DNA of 64,000 nucleotides from Octopus vulgaris (Eukaryota), in NCBI GenBank assembly GCA_951406725.2, contig OX597838.1, positions 26,970,001 to 27,034,000 of the forward strand, written 5' to 3'. This document shows positions 45,540 through 58,959 of the stretch, piece by piece; the stretch's first letter is position 1, and every line of letters begins with the position of its first letter. The notes under the pieces are model-generated. The model saw only the letters and a list, made by a program, of their open reading frames with translations. It did no database searches and was not told the origin of the DNA. Made by a program: the position numbers and the translations under genes.

Positions 45540-45730
45540 GGATAGTTTACAAAAAAAACAAAAGATGAAGACAGGTGGTGTATAAAACAAATAGATGTAT
45601 TAGTATAACGCTCAGGAATTGAAAAGGTCTTTTACATTTCGAGCCTACGCTCTTCTACAGAAAGGGACACAGAAAAAACAAGAAGAGAAAAAAAAATGTG
45701 TGTAGTGGCTACTGATCTATCATGGCGACT
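45540..45730 (-). mobile_element. Short hammerhead-bearing element, family B; motif at 45629-45664
   Basis: cttt CTGTAGA a gagc-gtag-gctc GAAAT GTA aaag on the minus strand; abuts (TA)n. Confidence 0.7.
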
Positions 45731-45951
45731 GCCGGACAGAAGGGTAACACAAGAGAGCGAAGAAGTAGGGACCTTGCTCACCCACACATTCACCGAAAAA
45801 TATACATACCCACTGTCAGGTGACACGTTCAGAAGATGCTCTTTACGTTCCACTGGCACAGGAGCCAGTTGGGGAGGGGCTAGCATCAACCACATTTGGA
45901 TGGTGCTTTTTACGAGTCACCGGCATGGGGAGTCAGTCAGGCGGCACTGGC

Positions 45952-46065
<114 letters not shown>

Positions 46066-46072
46066 GCAAATT

Positions 46073-46114
<42 letters not shown>

Positions 46115-46117
46115 AAG

Positions 46118-46209
<92 letters not shown>

Positions 46210-46690
46210 GTAGTTAGATATGTAAGTAGGTTGGTAAGTAGGTAGGCAGATTGATAAATAGATAGATAGACAGACAGACAGACAATCAAATAGATATATT
46301 TGTATTCACTATTATACAATATAATAATAATACAAAAAGTAAAGTCATTAATATTAATCAGCAGACCATTATCATTTTCTTTTGTTTGTTATTCTTCATT
46401 TATTCGTTTATTTGAGGAAAACCAGCTCACACCAGTTTATTTATTCACCTCTGAATCAATTATGTTTACTCAAAAACAACCAAACGTACATTAATAAAGC
46501 ACAGACTGAAGACTGAGGCTTTCTGTCCCCTTTTATATCCTCTAACACCGCAATCAGCTGAAGATAAATATCGTCTGTCTTTGAATTTTACCGACACATC
46601 GTAATGGTTGTATGCATTATGTATGTAAATATTTATTCTACAATAGGTACAACTGTAGTGTGTGCGCGATTCGAATATAAAGGCACCTAC

Positions 46691-46920
46691 CTTCTCTTCG
46701 CTCCGATGGAGACCCTTCAGTGGTAACGGATCCTTCGACACAGCCCCGACCTGAACGCTAAAGGCTTCACTCAACCTTAGCAACGTTTTCCCCCGTCTTG
46801 ACATGTCGACGACCCCGGTTCGAAAAGGCCAAAATCGCCGCTCCCTGCGCGCGCCTCACGGCTGCCCCTTCAAGCTGCCCCGACTTCCGGTCAGCGCACC
46901 CACCTGCTGACGTCATCCCA
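46691..46920 (-). promoter_or_regulatory. CpG-rich promoter-like island with candidate first exon (probably MAPK7)
   Basis: Short non-repetitive GC/CpG-rich island with CRE TGACGTCA (46908-46915), ETS CCGGAAGT (46883-46890, minus) and GCGCGCGC (46847-46854); minus-strand donor AAG|GTAGGT at 46691/46690. The link to MAPK7 is inferred. Confidence 0.55.
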
Positions 46921-48046
46921 CAACAACAACAACAACAACAGCAATAACAACGGCAAGAATAATAATGATTTCAAATTTTGGGTCAAGACTAGCGGTTTTG
47001 AAAGACATTGCTCCTTCTCCATACACAGCACAAATCTAATGAGCAGCTTTGGTGGGCTTAACATCTCGATTAAATGCAAAAAGCAAATAGTGTCGAAAAT
47101 GCTCAGCCCCCGAAAGGATGAAATGCAAACTTGATCTTGGCAGAATTTGAACTCAGAACACCAGGACAGACGAAATGCCACAAAGTATTTTGCCTGGCAC
47201 ACAAATGATTCTTAATTCTTTATTGCCCACAAGGGGCTAAACATGATGTTGGGGGGACAAACACAGATATACAAACACATAAACTGATAAGATTTTGAGA
47301 TCAATCCAGCACCGGACAAGGATTCTGGATTATTTTTCCTGTTTGTTTTACTTAATTTTTGAGAGCAGTCGGGTTCGCTTTTAGTATTCTCGTTCGTGAG
47401 AGCAGTCAAATTTATTTCAGATATTCTAAACAAGGACAGACAAAGGGATTAAGTCGATTACATCGACCCCAGTGCTCAACTGGTACTTTATCTATAGACC
47501 CCGAAAGGATGAAAGGCAAAGTCGAACTCGGCGGAATTTGAACTCACAACGTAACGCAGACGAAATACCACTAAGCATTTCACCCGGCGTGCTAACATTT
47601 CAGCCAGCTCAATGCCTTCATAATGATAGTAATAATGATGATTTCAAATTTTGCCACAAGGGCAGAAATTTTGGGTAGAAGGGGATGAGTCGATTACATT
47701 GACCCCAGTTTTCAACTGGTATTTATTTTATCAATCCCCAAAGAATGAAAAGCAAAGTTGACCTCGGTGGAATTTGAACTCAGAATGTAAGGACAGACAA
47801 AATCCCATAAAGTATTTCACCTGGCATGCAAATGATTTGGCCAGCTTGCTTCCTTTACAACAACAATAATAATAATGGTAACAAGAGCACTCTGAGAGCA
47901 CAAACCTCCGCCAAGGTAACACATCCTATGCAAAACACTTTCAATATAGTAAGCATCAGAGTATCACAACAAATCACAGCACATACCCAAGGCACACAGA
48001 GCTGCGCTCGGTAGTGAAGTAAAAGCACACTATAAAAATAAAACTA

Positions 48047-48082
<36 letters not shown>

Positions 48083-48235
48083 ATCACCATGTCGCGCACA
48101 TATGGTTGTGATGCATGTGCCTGGTGTACCCTTATCAGACGGGTAGTCGTGATGGGTATATTGGGCTTCGTATATTTTACTCCAGTGTCACTTTGATGGC
48201 ATGAACTGCTCTCTCACTCAATAATAATAATAATA

Positions 48236-48690
48236 GGAAAAGTAGCGATACTCTGGTACTATGATTTTCAGACGAATTGTGTAATCGAACACAGTCGGCC
48301 GGATATCGTTGTATTGAATAAGAGAGACAAATACTGTCAGATCATTGATATAGCCATACCAAATGACATGAATGTTGTGAGTAAAGAGGTTGAAAAAATC
48401 ACCAAATACTCCGAATTGAAAGTGAAAATGGCAAGATTGTATGGAATGCGAGAGAGTAATGTAAAAGTGATACTGGTGGTAATTGGAGCGTTGGGCTCAA
48501 TCCCATTGAAACTTCAAGACTTCTTAAGGTAACTGGAAGTCCCATGCAAGATTGATGTCTTGCAAAAAGCAGCCATATTAGGCACAGTGCAGATCTTAGG
48601 GAGAGTATTATCTATCTGAGGTCCTTGATGTGACTTGACAGATGACTAAAGACTCTGGTACATTTTTACCTACACTGTATTACGAAGGAA
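48236..48690 (+). mobile_element. R4/Dong-clade non-LTR retrotransposon 3' fragment (restriction-like endonuclease) inserted in (TAA)n
   Basis: ILWYYDFQT..IEHSRPDIVV..IIDIAIP..EKITKY..VVIGALG..LQKAAILGT..LGRVL; (AAT)n on both sides. Confidence 0.85.
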
Positions 48691-48920
48691 TAATAATAAT
48701 CCTTTCTACTACAGGTACAAAGCCTGAAATTTGCAGGGAGGGGTAGTCAGTCACATTGACCCCCAGTACTTGACTGGTACTTAATTTATTGACCCCGAAA
48801 GGATGAAAGGTAAAATTGACCTTGGCAGTAATTGAACTCACAACATAGAAACAGATAAAATACCACTAAGCATTTTACCCAGTGTGCTAATGATTCTGCC
48901 AGCACACCACCTTAATGATG

Positions 48921-48981
<61 letters not shown>

Positions 48982-49002
48982 TGATAATAATAATAATAAT
49001 AA

Positions 49003-49372
49003 ATATGTGCATCTCTGATCACGAGCAGAAGTAGTGGGGGAGCATCATAGCCGTGTGTTGAGAGGGATTCTTTGGGGTTTGAATAATTCACCTCTGGAAA
49101 CATAGGTGGTTTTTTTCAACATCCTTAAACAACCCTTATTCAGGGACCGTTTGAGCGGGATGGGTTACTCAACCTGAAGAAAATTCTAACTGGGCCCCAC
49201 CTGCAAGGTCATGTGCTGTTTATCTTTATATGAGATCACCATGTCGCGCACATATGGTTGTGATGCATGTGCCTGGTGTACCCTTATCAGACGGGTAGTC
49301 ATGATGGGTATATTGGGCTTCGTATATTTTACCCCAGTGTCACTTTGATGGCATGAACTGCTCTCTCACTCA
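49003..49372 (+). mobile_element. Non-autonomous element inserted in (TAA)n (other copies 48079-48220 + and 53847-54183 -)
   Basis: Three near-identical copies, all bounded by AAT/ATT microsatellite. Confidence 0.75.
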
Positions 49373-49607
49373 ATAATAATAATAATAATCCTTTCTACTA
49401 TAGGCACAAGGCCTGGAATTTGGGGGAGGTGGGGATAGTCAATTACATCGACCCCAGTACTTAACAAGTACTTAATTCATCAACCCGGAAAGGATGAAAG
49501 GCAAAGTCGACCTCGGCAAAATTTGAACTCAGAACATAAAGCTGGATGAACTGCCTCTGAACATTTCTCCTGGCATGCTAACAATTCTACCAGCTCACTG
49601 CCTTAAT

Positions 49608-50046
49608 TTAACCCTTTAGTGCCGGTGGCACGTAAAAGCACCATCCGTTTGTGGCCGTTGCCAGCCTTGCCTGGCCCCGTGCCGGTGGCACATAAAAGCA
49701 CCATCCGTTCGTGGCCGTTGCCAGCTTCGCCTGGCCCCGTGCCGGTGGCACGTAAAAGCACCATCCGTTCATGTCCATTGCCAGCTTCGCCTGGTCCCGT
49801 GCCGGTGGCATGTAAAAGCACCATCCGTTCATGGCCATTTGCCTGCTCTGTCTGGCACCTGTGCGGGTGGCACGTAAAAGGCACCCACTACACTCATGGA
49901 GTGGTTGGCGTTAGGAAGGGCATCCAGCCGTAGAAACACTGCCAGATCAGACTGGGCCTGATGCAGCCTTCTGGCTTCACAAACCCCAGTTGAACCGTCC
50001 AACCCATGCTAGCATGGAAAACGGACGCTAAATGATGATGATGATC

Positions 50047-50085
<39 letters not shown>

Positions 50086-50292
50086 ACTCTGTTAAATGTA
50101 ATATTTTTTTACTCAAATTGTTTTTAATTAATCCTGCATTATCTTATAGCTTTTGAGGTTTCAGTGATGTGATTGTTTATTTTTAGAATGTCAATGTAGG
50201 CTAGGTGTGAGAGGCTAGATATCACCAGTTTGAATATAAAACATGTAGAATATTTGGGCCGGATATGGCTGGTTTAAACACTAAAGTGTTAA
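49608..50292 (+). mobile_element. piggyBac-like MITE (ttaaccctttag...ctaaagtgttaa) split by a nested short interspersed element at 49619-50083
   Basis: Same left end and actctgt body as the copy starting ~6158; TTAA at both ends. Confidence 0.55.
49619..49880 (+). repeat. 60-bp tandem array (4+ copies) within a family 3 element
   Basis: gccggtggcacgtaaaagcaccatccgtt.. recurs every 60 nt. Confidence 0.95.
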
Positions 50293-50355
<63 letters not shown>

Positions 50356-50529
50356 TGATAATGAGGAGTGGCTGTGTGGTAAGTAACTTGCTTACCAACC
50401 AGATGGTTCCGGGTTCAATCCCACTGCGTGACACCTTGGGCAAGTGTCTTCTACTATAGCCTCGGACCAACCAAAGCCTTCTGAGTGGATTTGGTAGACG
50501 GAAACTGAAAGAAGCCTGTCGTATATATG

Positions 50530-50560
<31 letters not shown>

Positions 50561-50987
50561 TTGTGTGTCTGTATTTGTCCCCCCCACCAACATTGCTTGA
50601 CAACCGATGCTGGTGTGTTTGCGTCCCCGTAACTTAGCGGTTCAGCAAAAGAAACCGATAGAATAAGTACTAGGCTTCCAAAGAATGAGTCCTGGGGTTG
50701 ATTTGCTCGACTAAAGGCGGTACTCCAGCATGGCCACAGTCAAATGACTGAAACAAGTAAAAGAGTAAAGGAGTAAAAGAGAAGAAGAAGGGGAGGAGGA
50801 GGAAGAGGAGGACAGGATGAAGAAGGATAGCAATAATATTCACACACACACTTACACACACATGTATATGTGTATGTGTGTGCACATACATATATATGCA
50901 TGTGTGTGCTTGTTTGTGTGTGTATATATAGTTTCAGGGCATCCTCTTTTCCAAAGTGGATTAGCTCAAATTTATCCTCGTTCAGCA

Positions 50988-51022
<35 letters not shown>

Positions 51023-51806
51023 TATATGAAGACCCTCCTTTGGTCATGAATGACCATGGGTTTGCATCTAGAGAGTTCCCCTCCAAGGCAAAAGTCTGGG
51101 CAAGGTTGTTTATGGAAGACCAGTAGTCACCCATGCTTACCAGCCTCCTCTTCTCGCCATGCCACTGATGTTGTCCAAGGGAAAGGCAAAGGGGCCGATA
51201 CAGCTTGGCACCAGTGATACTGCAACTCATTTCTACAGCTGAGTGAACTGGAGCAATGTGGAATAAAGTGTCTTGCTCAAGAACACAACACGCAGACCGG
51301 TCCGGGAAATGAGGGCACATGGCTTAATGGTTAGAGTGTTGGGCTCACGATCATGAAGTGGTAGGGTGGTGGTGGTGGTGGGGACGATAAGTATGATCAT
51401 GAAGATGGCGTTGAGGATGATGATGAAGACGATGATGGTGAAGATGATGATGAAGAAGAGAACAAAGATGATGATGTTGATGATGATGATGATGATGACA
51501 GTGATGAAGATGATGAATATGTGTGGATGTATCTCTACATATAGCTACACAGCAGTATCTGTATTACATGTGTATGGATACATTAAGTCTGTGTGTCCCT
51601 CTTTGCACGTCAGTTTGTCTCTTATCAAATTCAGGTTCGTCTACACTTGATCCTCGTCACTTTTTCTCTATTAGACTCTGCACCACTAGTGTCTACATAC
51701 ACACACACACACATACATCCAACACACACACACGTTCAAATATGCCATATATGTACATACAAATAAACATATACAAATATACATATTTATATTACATATA
51801 TTATAT

Positions 51807-52019
<213 letters not shown>

Positions 52020-52509
52020 ATTATACACACATATACATAACTATACATACACATACACAGACACATATTTGTGTATATAAATTAATGTGTGCTTAATTGA
52101 CTGTATAGATCCCTGTTTAGATAGTAGGTGTGTCTCTATATTCTTAATTGTATACACACGCACTCACGCACGCACACACACACACACACACACACATATA
52201 CAGACACATACATACATGCATAAACACAAACATACATTCATACATAAACACATGCCTCCATACAGACATACATATTTCTATGTAAGTATGTATACACTGC
52301 TGTCTCCCCTGGGACCTCGAGCCCTGTTGGAATCATAGGGGTGCCAAAATCATATCATATTTAACAGATCTTGGGCATTTCAAAACCTACTGGCTCCATC
52401 CCCTTCTATTCTTGCACTCAAACGCACGACATACACACACACACACACACAGACACAGTGGGAGATAGAGAAAGAGAGACAGACAGACAGACAGAATGTA
52501 TATATATCT

Positions 52510-52925
52510 ATTTCTTTATTACCCACAAGGGGCTAAACATAGAGGGGACAAACAAGGACAGACAAAGGGATTAAGTCGATTACATCGACCCCAGTGCGTA
52601 ACTGGTACTTAATTTATCGACCCAGAAAGGATGAAAGGCAAAGTCGACCTCGGCGGAATTTGAACTCACAACGTAACGGCAGCCGAAATACCTATTTCTT
52701 TATTAACCACAAGGGGCTAAACATAGAGGGGACAAACAAGGACAGACAAAGGGATTAAGTCGATTACATCGACCCCAGTGCGTAACTGGTACTTAATTTA
52801 TCGACCCAGAAAGGATGAAAGGCAAAGTCGACCTCGGCGGAATTTGAACCCACAACATAACGGCAGCCGAAATACCGCTAAGCATTTCGCCTGACATGCT
52901 AACGATTCTGCCAGCTCGCTGCCAG
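52510..52925 (-). mobile_element. SINE family 2 (central gcctttcatcctttcggggtcgataaa..agtaccag, Meta/Sauria-SINE-like domain). Dense clusters at 34400-36100, 44720-45130, 47100-47850, 63560-63770
   Basis: Many homologous copies with head ggcgagctggcaga..gttagcacgccgggcgaaatgc and box B gagttcaaattcc. Confidence 0.85.
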
Positions 52926-53373
52926 AATGTATATATATCATCATCATCAACATCTGCAGCAGCAGCAGTATCATTTAGTGTCCATTTTCCATGCTGACAT
53001 GGGTTAGATATTTTGAGAAGAACCGGTAAGCCAGAGAGCAGCACCAGGCTTCAATTGTCTGTTTTGGCTTGGTTTCTAAGGCTGGGTGCCTGTATTTTTA
53101 TATAGGCACAGGCATGGCTGTGTAGTAAGATGCAGGTCCTGCTAGTTGTTATTATTATTATTATGAGCTGGAAGAATTGTTAGCACGCTGGACGAAATGC
53201 TTAGTGGTATTTCGTCTTTCTTTATGTTTTGAGTTCAAACTCCACAAAGGTCAACTTTGCCTTTCAACCTTTCGGGCTCATTAAATTAAGTACCAGTTGC
53301 GTACTGAGGTCGATCTAACCGACTGGCCCCCTCCCCCAAATTTCAGGCCTTGTGCTTATTGTAGAAAGGATTA

Positions 53374-53434
<61 letters not shown>

Positions 53435-53790
53435 GAAAAAGAGAAATAAATAGAAGAGTGCCATAGTTATCATGTGAAATTGGTCGAAGGATATTTTGGC
53501 ATCTAGCGTGCCTTCCACAGGTTCAAAAATTACATGTCAGTCTACTTCATTTTTTGTTGTTATTGTTGTTATTATTATTATTATATGTTTGACTTTTGCT
53601 TTATATTTGTACAAGTTGGCTCCAAGTCTCACCCGGAGACCTCAAGAGACAACAGGTTGGAAGTTCACGTTGTTGTTATGCCTAGTGTGCCATATATTTG
53701 GTTGTTTTTTGTGTTGTACTGGTGGATGTCTAAAAAAAAAAAAAAAAATGTTTGTTTTAAACCTTGAGATTACATAGAAAGTATTTTGCA

Positions 53791-53847
<57 letters not shown>

Positions 53848-55032
53848 GTGAGGGAGCAGTGCAAGCCATCAAAGTGACACTGGGGTAAAATATACGAAGC
53901 CCAGTATACCCATCATGACTACCCGTCTTATAAGGGTACACTAGGTACATGCATCACAACCATATGTGCGCGACATGGTGATCTCATATCAAGATAAACA
54001 GCACATGACCTTGCAGGTGGGGCCCAGTTTGAATTTTCTTCTGGTCGGGTAGCCCATCCCGCTCAAAAGGTCCCTGAATAAGGATTGTTTAAAGATGTTG
54101 AACGAAACACTTATGTTTCCAGGGGTGAATTATTCAAACCCCAAAGAATCCCTCTCAACACATGGCTATGATGCTCCCCCACTTATTATTATTATGATTA
54201 TTATTATTATCATTATTATTATTATTATTATTATTATTGTTATTACTATCATCATTATCATTATTATTATTATTGAGGCAAAGAGCTGGCAGAATTGTTA
54301 GCATACCAGACATAAAAACTAAGTGGCATTTCATCCATTTTTATGCCAAGGTCCACTTTACCATTCAGAGGTCAATAAAATAGATACTAGTTAATCACCA
54401 ACTAGTCTTGCTCCACCCCTCAAATCAGCTGACCCCGTGTCAACATTTCAAACCATTGCTGTTGTTGTTGTTTCCATATCAACCAATGATTTATGTTCTT
54501 GCTCATGAAATTGTCATCTAATATGAATTTTTCAACTAACCACCCTGATATCACATTTCCTGAATATCTCAGTTCGTAATCAGTTCATTCGTTTGGATAA
54601 TTACTGCTGTAATTACAATAATTTACAAGGATTACAAAAATTTGCATAAGCCACATTGGTCTCAAGGCCTATCCCACTGAGTGGTGTGTGGTCCCATGCA
54701 AATTTGGGAGTAACTTAAGATTTCTGAGTGAAATTGATAGATAAAAACTGTATAGAAGGTCATTTTATATATGTGTGTATATATTTGTATATATATGTTC
54801 ACACATACACACACACACACACATATACATACGTACAAACATATATATATGTTTTTTTCTTGTAGGAATGTATGGTGTATATATAATAGATGATTGTAGT
54901 AACTATGATTGTAGTAACAAATATATATTTTTATACATAATTAGGATAAAATCATTATTTAATGATTTATCATTTGGGGTCTATTTCTAGCAGACTGGTG
55001 TTGTAATCATTCAGCACCCTTATTTTAATTCT

Positions 55033-55064
<32 letters not shown>

Positions 55065-55475
55065 GGCACAAGAGTGGCTGTGTGGTAAGTAGCTTGCTTA
55101 CCAACCATATGGTTCCGGATTCAGTCCCATTGCGTGGCACCTTGGGCAAGTGTCTTCTACTATAGCCTCGAGCCGACCAAAAGCCTTGTGAGTGGATTTG
55201 GTAGACGAAAACTGAAAGAAGCCCGTCACATATATGTATATATATGTGTGTGTATTTGTTTGTGTGTCTGTGTTTGTCCCTCCAACATTGCTTGACAACC
55301 GATGCTGGCATGTTTATGTCCCCGTAACTTAGCGGTTTGGCAAAAGAGACCAATAGAATAAATACTAGGCTTCCAAAGAATGAGTCCTGGGGTCGATTTG
55401 CTCGACTAAAGGCGGTGCTCCAGCATGGCAGCAGTCAAATGACTGAAACAAGTAAAAGAGTATAGATTAAAGAGA

Positions 55476-55527
<52 letters not shown>

Positions 55528-55532
55528 TCATC

Positions 55533-55563
<31 letters not shown>

Positions 55564-56110
55564 CAGAAAGAGTGGGTTATACCAATATATACCTATGTAT
55601 TTATATGTGTGTGTGTATATGTATGTTAGTCTGTACGTGTGTGTATGTATGTGTATGTGCGTGTATGTATGTATGCGTGTGTTTGTATGTGTGTGTGTGC
55701 GTGTATGTGAGTAATAAGCATACTGACATCAAAATGTGTTTTTTAAACTTAAAGATATAAATGACGAAATGTATCTGTATGCATACACACACACACACAC
55801 ACACACACACATGCATACACACATAAACGCACACTTATAACACAGTTACCTTCTGTTTCCTCCCAATGTTGCCTTCTACGCATGACTCAAGGCCTTTTGT
55901 ATTACAACAAAAAAGAAAATGTTTCAAATAAGACCTCTTTTCTTCTTTCCGCCACTATTGTGAACATTATTGCTATTCCTAACACACCTTCACCTATCTA
56001 CGTTTCTATATACACCCCACCCTATACACATTCTACCCTATACCCTATATATTTCTTGTGTGTGTGTATATATACACTATTTTATCATTTACTGGTTTCA
56101 GGCATTAGAC

Positions 56111-56329
56111 CAGTGCTTTTCAAACTTTTTGCTGGAGCGGAACCCCAAGAAAACATTTCACTGGCTCGAGGAACCCCTGTGCAATAATTTAATTGTCCTA
56201 TGCACACATATCTGCACAGGAGAATTAAAAATTACTGTCGATTTTAGCATTTTTGTAACTTCTTGCAGAACCCCTGGACTGTACTGGCGGAACCCTAAGG
56301 TTCCACAGAACCCTGGTTGAAAACCACTG
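56111..56329 (+). mobile_element. hAT (Charlie-like) MITE with 8-bp TSD
   Basis: TIRs cagtgcttttcaa / ttgaaaaccactg; exact TSD cattagac at 56103-56110 and 56330-56337. Confidence 0.9.
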
Positions 56330-56809
56330 CATTAGACTATGGCCATGCTGAAGCATTTCACTGGATGGTTCAGTCAATAAAATTGAGCCCCATCGATGAT
56401 GATGATGACGATGAGGATGATGACAGCGATGTGGTGGTGATGATGATGATGGTGGTGATGATGATGATGGGGGTGATGATGATGATGGTGGTGATGGTGG
56501 CAGTGATGATGATCATGCCAATGACGGTGGTGGTGGTGGTGGTGATGATGATGATGATGATGATGATGTCGATGGGGTTGTATTTTAGAGTTAATATTTA
56601 TTGTATTTCGTTTTGGGATTTGGTTTGCAAGATTCTTTATATGAGTTCGTGTGTTGTGTGTTGTTGTTCGGTTTCCTTTTGTTTTGTTTTTGGTTTTATA
56701 TTGCATCTAGCCACCTTTGTTATTATATACTCATTACTCTCTCTTTTACTTGTTTCAGTCATTTGACTGTGGCCATGCTGGTGCACCGCCTTGATGAGGT
56801 TTGTTGTTA

Positions 56810-56853
56810 ACACAATGTTTCGGCCGATATACCCTCCAGCCTTCATCAGGTGT
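56810..56853 (-). ncRNA. Type I hammerhead motif, canonical CUGAUGA core, stem III damaged
   Basis: acac CTGATGA a ggctg-gagggtatat-cggcc GAAA catt gtgt; GAAACATT is likely CpG decay of GAAACGTT. Confidence 0.65.
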
Positions 56854-57079
56854 GTCATTATATTCAAGCCAGGTGGTATTAGCCTTGAGTCTCTACATCT
56901 GCACAAGAAAGTTAGATGGTTTGAAAGAGGAGCTAGTTTCCAATGGAGTTTCTCTCTATGTCTCCATTGAAGTCTAATGTCGGCTCCGTACCAATTAGAT
57001 AATACAGTCCTATATTTAAGAGATGAGGAATTATGTACATTATTTACATTATGTAAATAATGTAAATATATATATCAAA

Positions 57080-57280
57080 ATGTGACCTCGTGTGTACCGT
57101 TGGCGATTTTTTTTCCTCCGTCTTCCCTTCTCTGGATCTTTCCTTCTCCTATGTTTCCGACGAAGAGCTCTGCTTGAAACGTTAAACCCTCCTTCTTTCC
57201 TGAGCGTCCAATAATACTATATTTGTTCCACGTCCTCGCGTTGTTGTGCTTTTTTGTGCTTTCTTGTTTGGATTAACTTT
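57080..57280 (+). mobile_element. Short hammerhead-bearing element, family A; motif at 57153-57187
   Basis: gttt CCGACGA a gagc-tct-gctt GAAAC GTT aaac; homologous to 12010-12190, 61650-61845 and partial 63360-63450. Confidence 0.7.
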
Positions 57281-58016
57281 ATATATATATATATATACAT
57301 ATATTTCCACCGTGAAAAATGGATGTTTAAATGATGATGACGATGACGACGATGATGACGCCGCTGCCGCCGAAGATGATGATGATGATGATGATATATA
57401 ATATACACACAGATATTAACTTCAACTTCGGTTAGTGTTTGCGTTAATTTCTAAAACCGTTCTTTTGTTTTAAAAAAAGTATCTGCCCATGCTGTTTATT
57501 AAACTTGTGCTTGACAGCAATCTCATTATTTCTTCAAACTAATCCGGTTTACATCCTAAAGAAACTACTTACTTAACCACTTCCTCAATACATCTGCCAT
57601 AAATTGTTATGTCTAGTCTTTGGTGGAGTCTTGTCTGCAGTCTTGCACTTGGCATATCAACATGAATCTGGACATCCACTTGTTTCTTATACATTTGCAG
57701 CCAAGGGAATAATGAAATCTTGAAGCCCATCAATGCCATTGATATCAGCAGCAATATCATTTGTATAAATTAGTTTAGAAATGAATCATCATCTTATAGA
57801 GAACCAGGCAGGGCCGGATTAAGTGCCGTTGAGGCCCTAAGCACTTAGAAGATTTTGGTGCTCCCATATATATGTAATTTAAAATATAAACTACAATAAA
57901 CTGTAAAATATATTTTTATGTCTCAAAAATTAAACAAAGCTAACAGTAAGATGGAAAATAATCCTTTCCAGCATAGGCACAAGGTCTGAAATTTTAGAGG
58001 ATTACATTGACCCCGT

Positions 58017-58318
58017 GGAGGCACATGGCCTAGTGGTTAGAGCAGCGGACTTGTGGTCGAGGGATCGTGGGTTCAAATCTCAGACCAGGCGATGAGTGTG
58101 TTTATGAGCGAAACACCTAAGCTCCACGCAGCTCGGGCAGAAGGTAATGGTGAACTTCTGTTGACTCTTTTGCCACAACTTTCTCTCACTCTTTCCTCCT
58201 GCATCTTTGCATCTCACCTGCGACGGACTGGTGTCCCATCCAGGTGGGGAACCTATACGCCAAGGAAACTGGGAAACCGGCCCTAATGAGCAAGGCATGG
58301 CTCGAGAACGAACAAACA
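58017..58318 (+). mobile_element. tRNA-derived SINE with V-domain-like segment (ctgcgacggactggtgtcccatccagg). Other copies: 25420-25715 -, 30570-30842 -
   Basis: tRNA-like head ggcctagtggttagagcagcggact..ggttcaaatctc; three homologous copies. Confidence 0.8.
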
Positions 58319-58959
58319 TCGACCCCAGTCAAAAAGTACTGTCAGTTACCGTTGTTCATCCTTTTTTGTTGCTTTCTTCTTTCTTTGCGAGTGCTGTAAA
58401 CTTCAAAGATAGAGATCCTCCCTATATTTTTGTGAAATATTTTTGAATCACGGGTACTCTTACTCTTTTACTCTTTTACATGTTTCAGTCACTTGACTGC
58501 GGCCATGCTGGAGCACCGCCTTTAGTCGAGCAAATCGACCTCGGGACTTATTCTTTGTAAGCCCAGTACTTATCCTATCGGTCTCTTTTGCCGAACCGCT
58601 AAGTGCCGGGGACGTAAACACACCAGCATCGGTTACAAACACAGACACACAAACACATACACATACATACATATACATATATATACATATATACGACAGG
58701 CTTCTTTCAGTTTCCGTCTACCAAATCCACTCACAAGGCATTGGTCGGCCCGGAGCTATAGCAGAAGACACTTGCCCAAGATGCCACGCAGTGGGACTGA
58801 ACCCGGAACCATGTGGTTGGTTAGCAAGCTACTTACCACACAGCCACTCCTGATATTTTTTTTTTAAAGCAGAAAATAACTACTTTTATTTAAAATGAAA
58901 TGTTAATCTTTATCATCTTAATCAGAAGGCAGAAAAGCAGACAGAGAGACTGGGGATGG

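Noticed and set aside
56317-56766. Poly-His / poly-Met ORFs
   Set aside because: (GAT/GGT)n trinucleotide repeat with no splice or domain support.
57569-57760. 63-aa ORF in unique-looking sequence
   Set aside because: No recognisable motifs or exon structure; possibly a decayed transposon.
58017-58095. tRNA-like sequences (also ~20353, ~62915-62985)
   Set aside because: SINE heads: acceptor stems do not close and they run into SINE bodies, so they are not called as tRNA genes.
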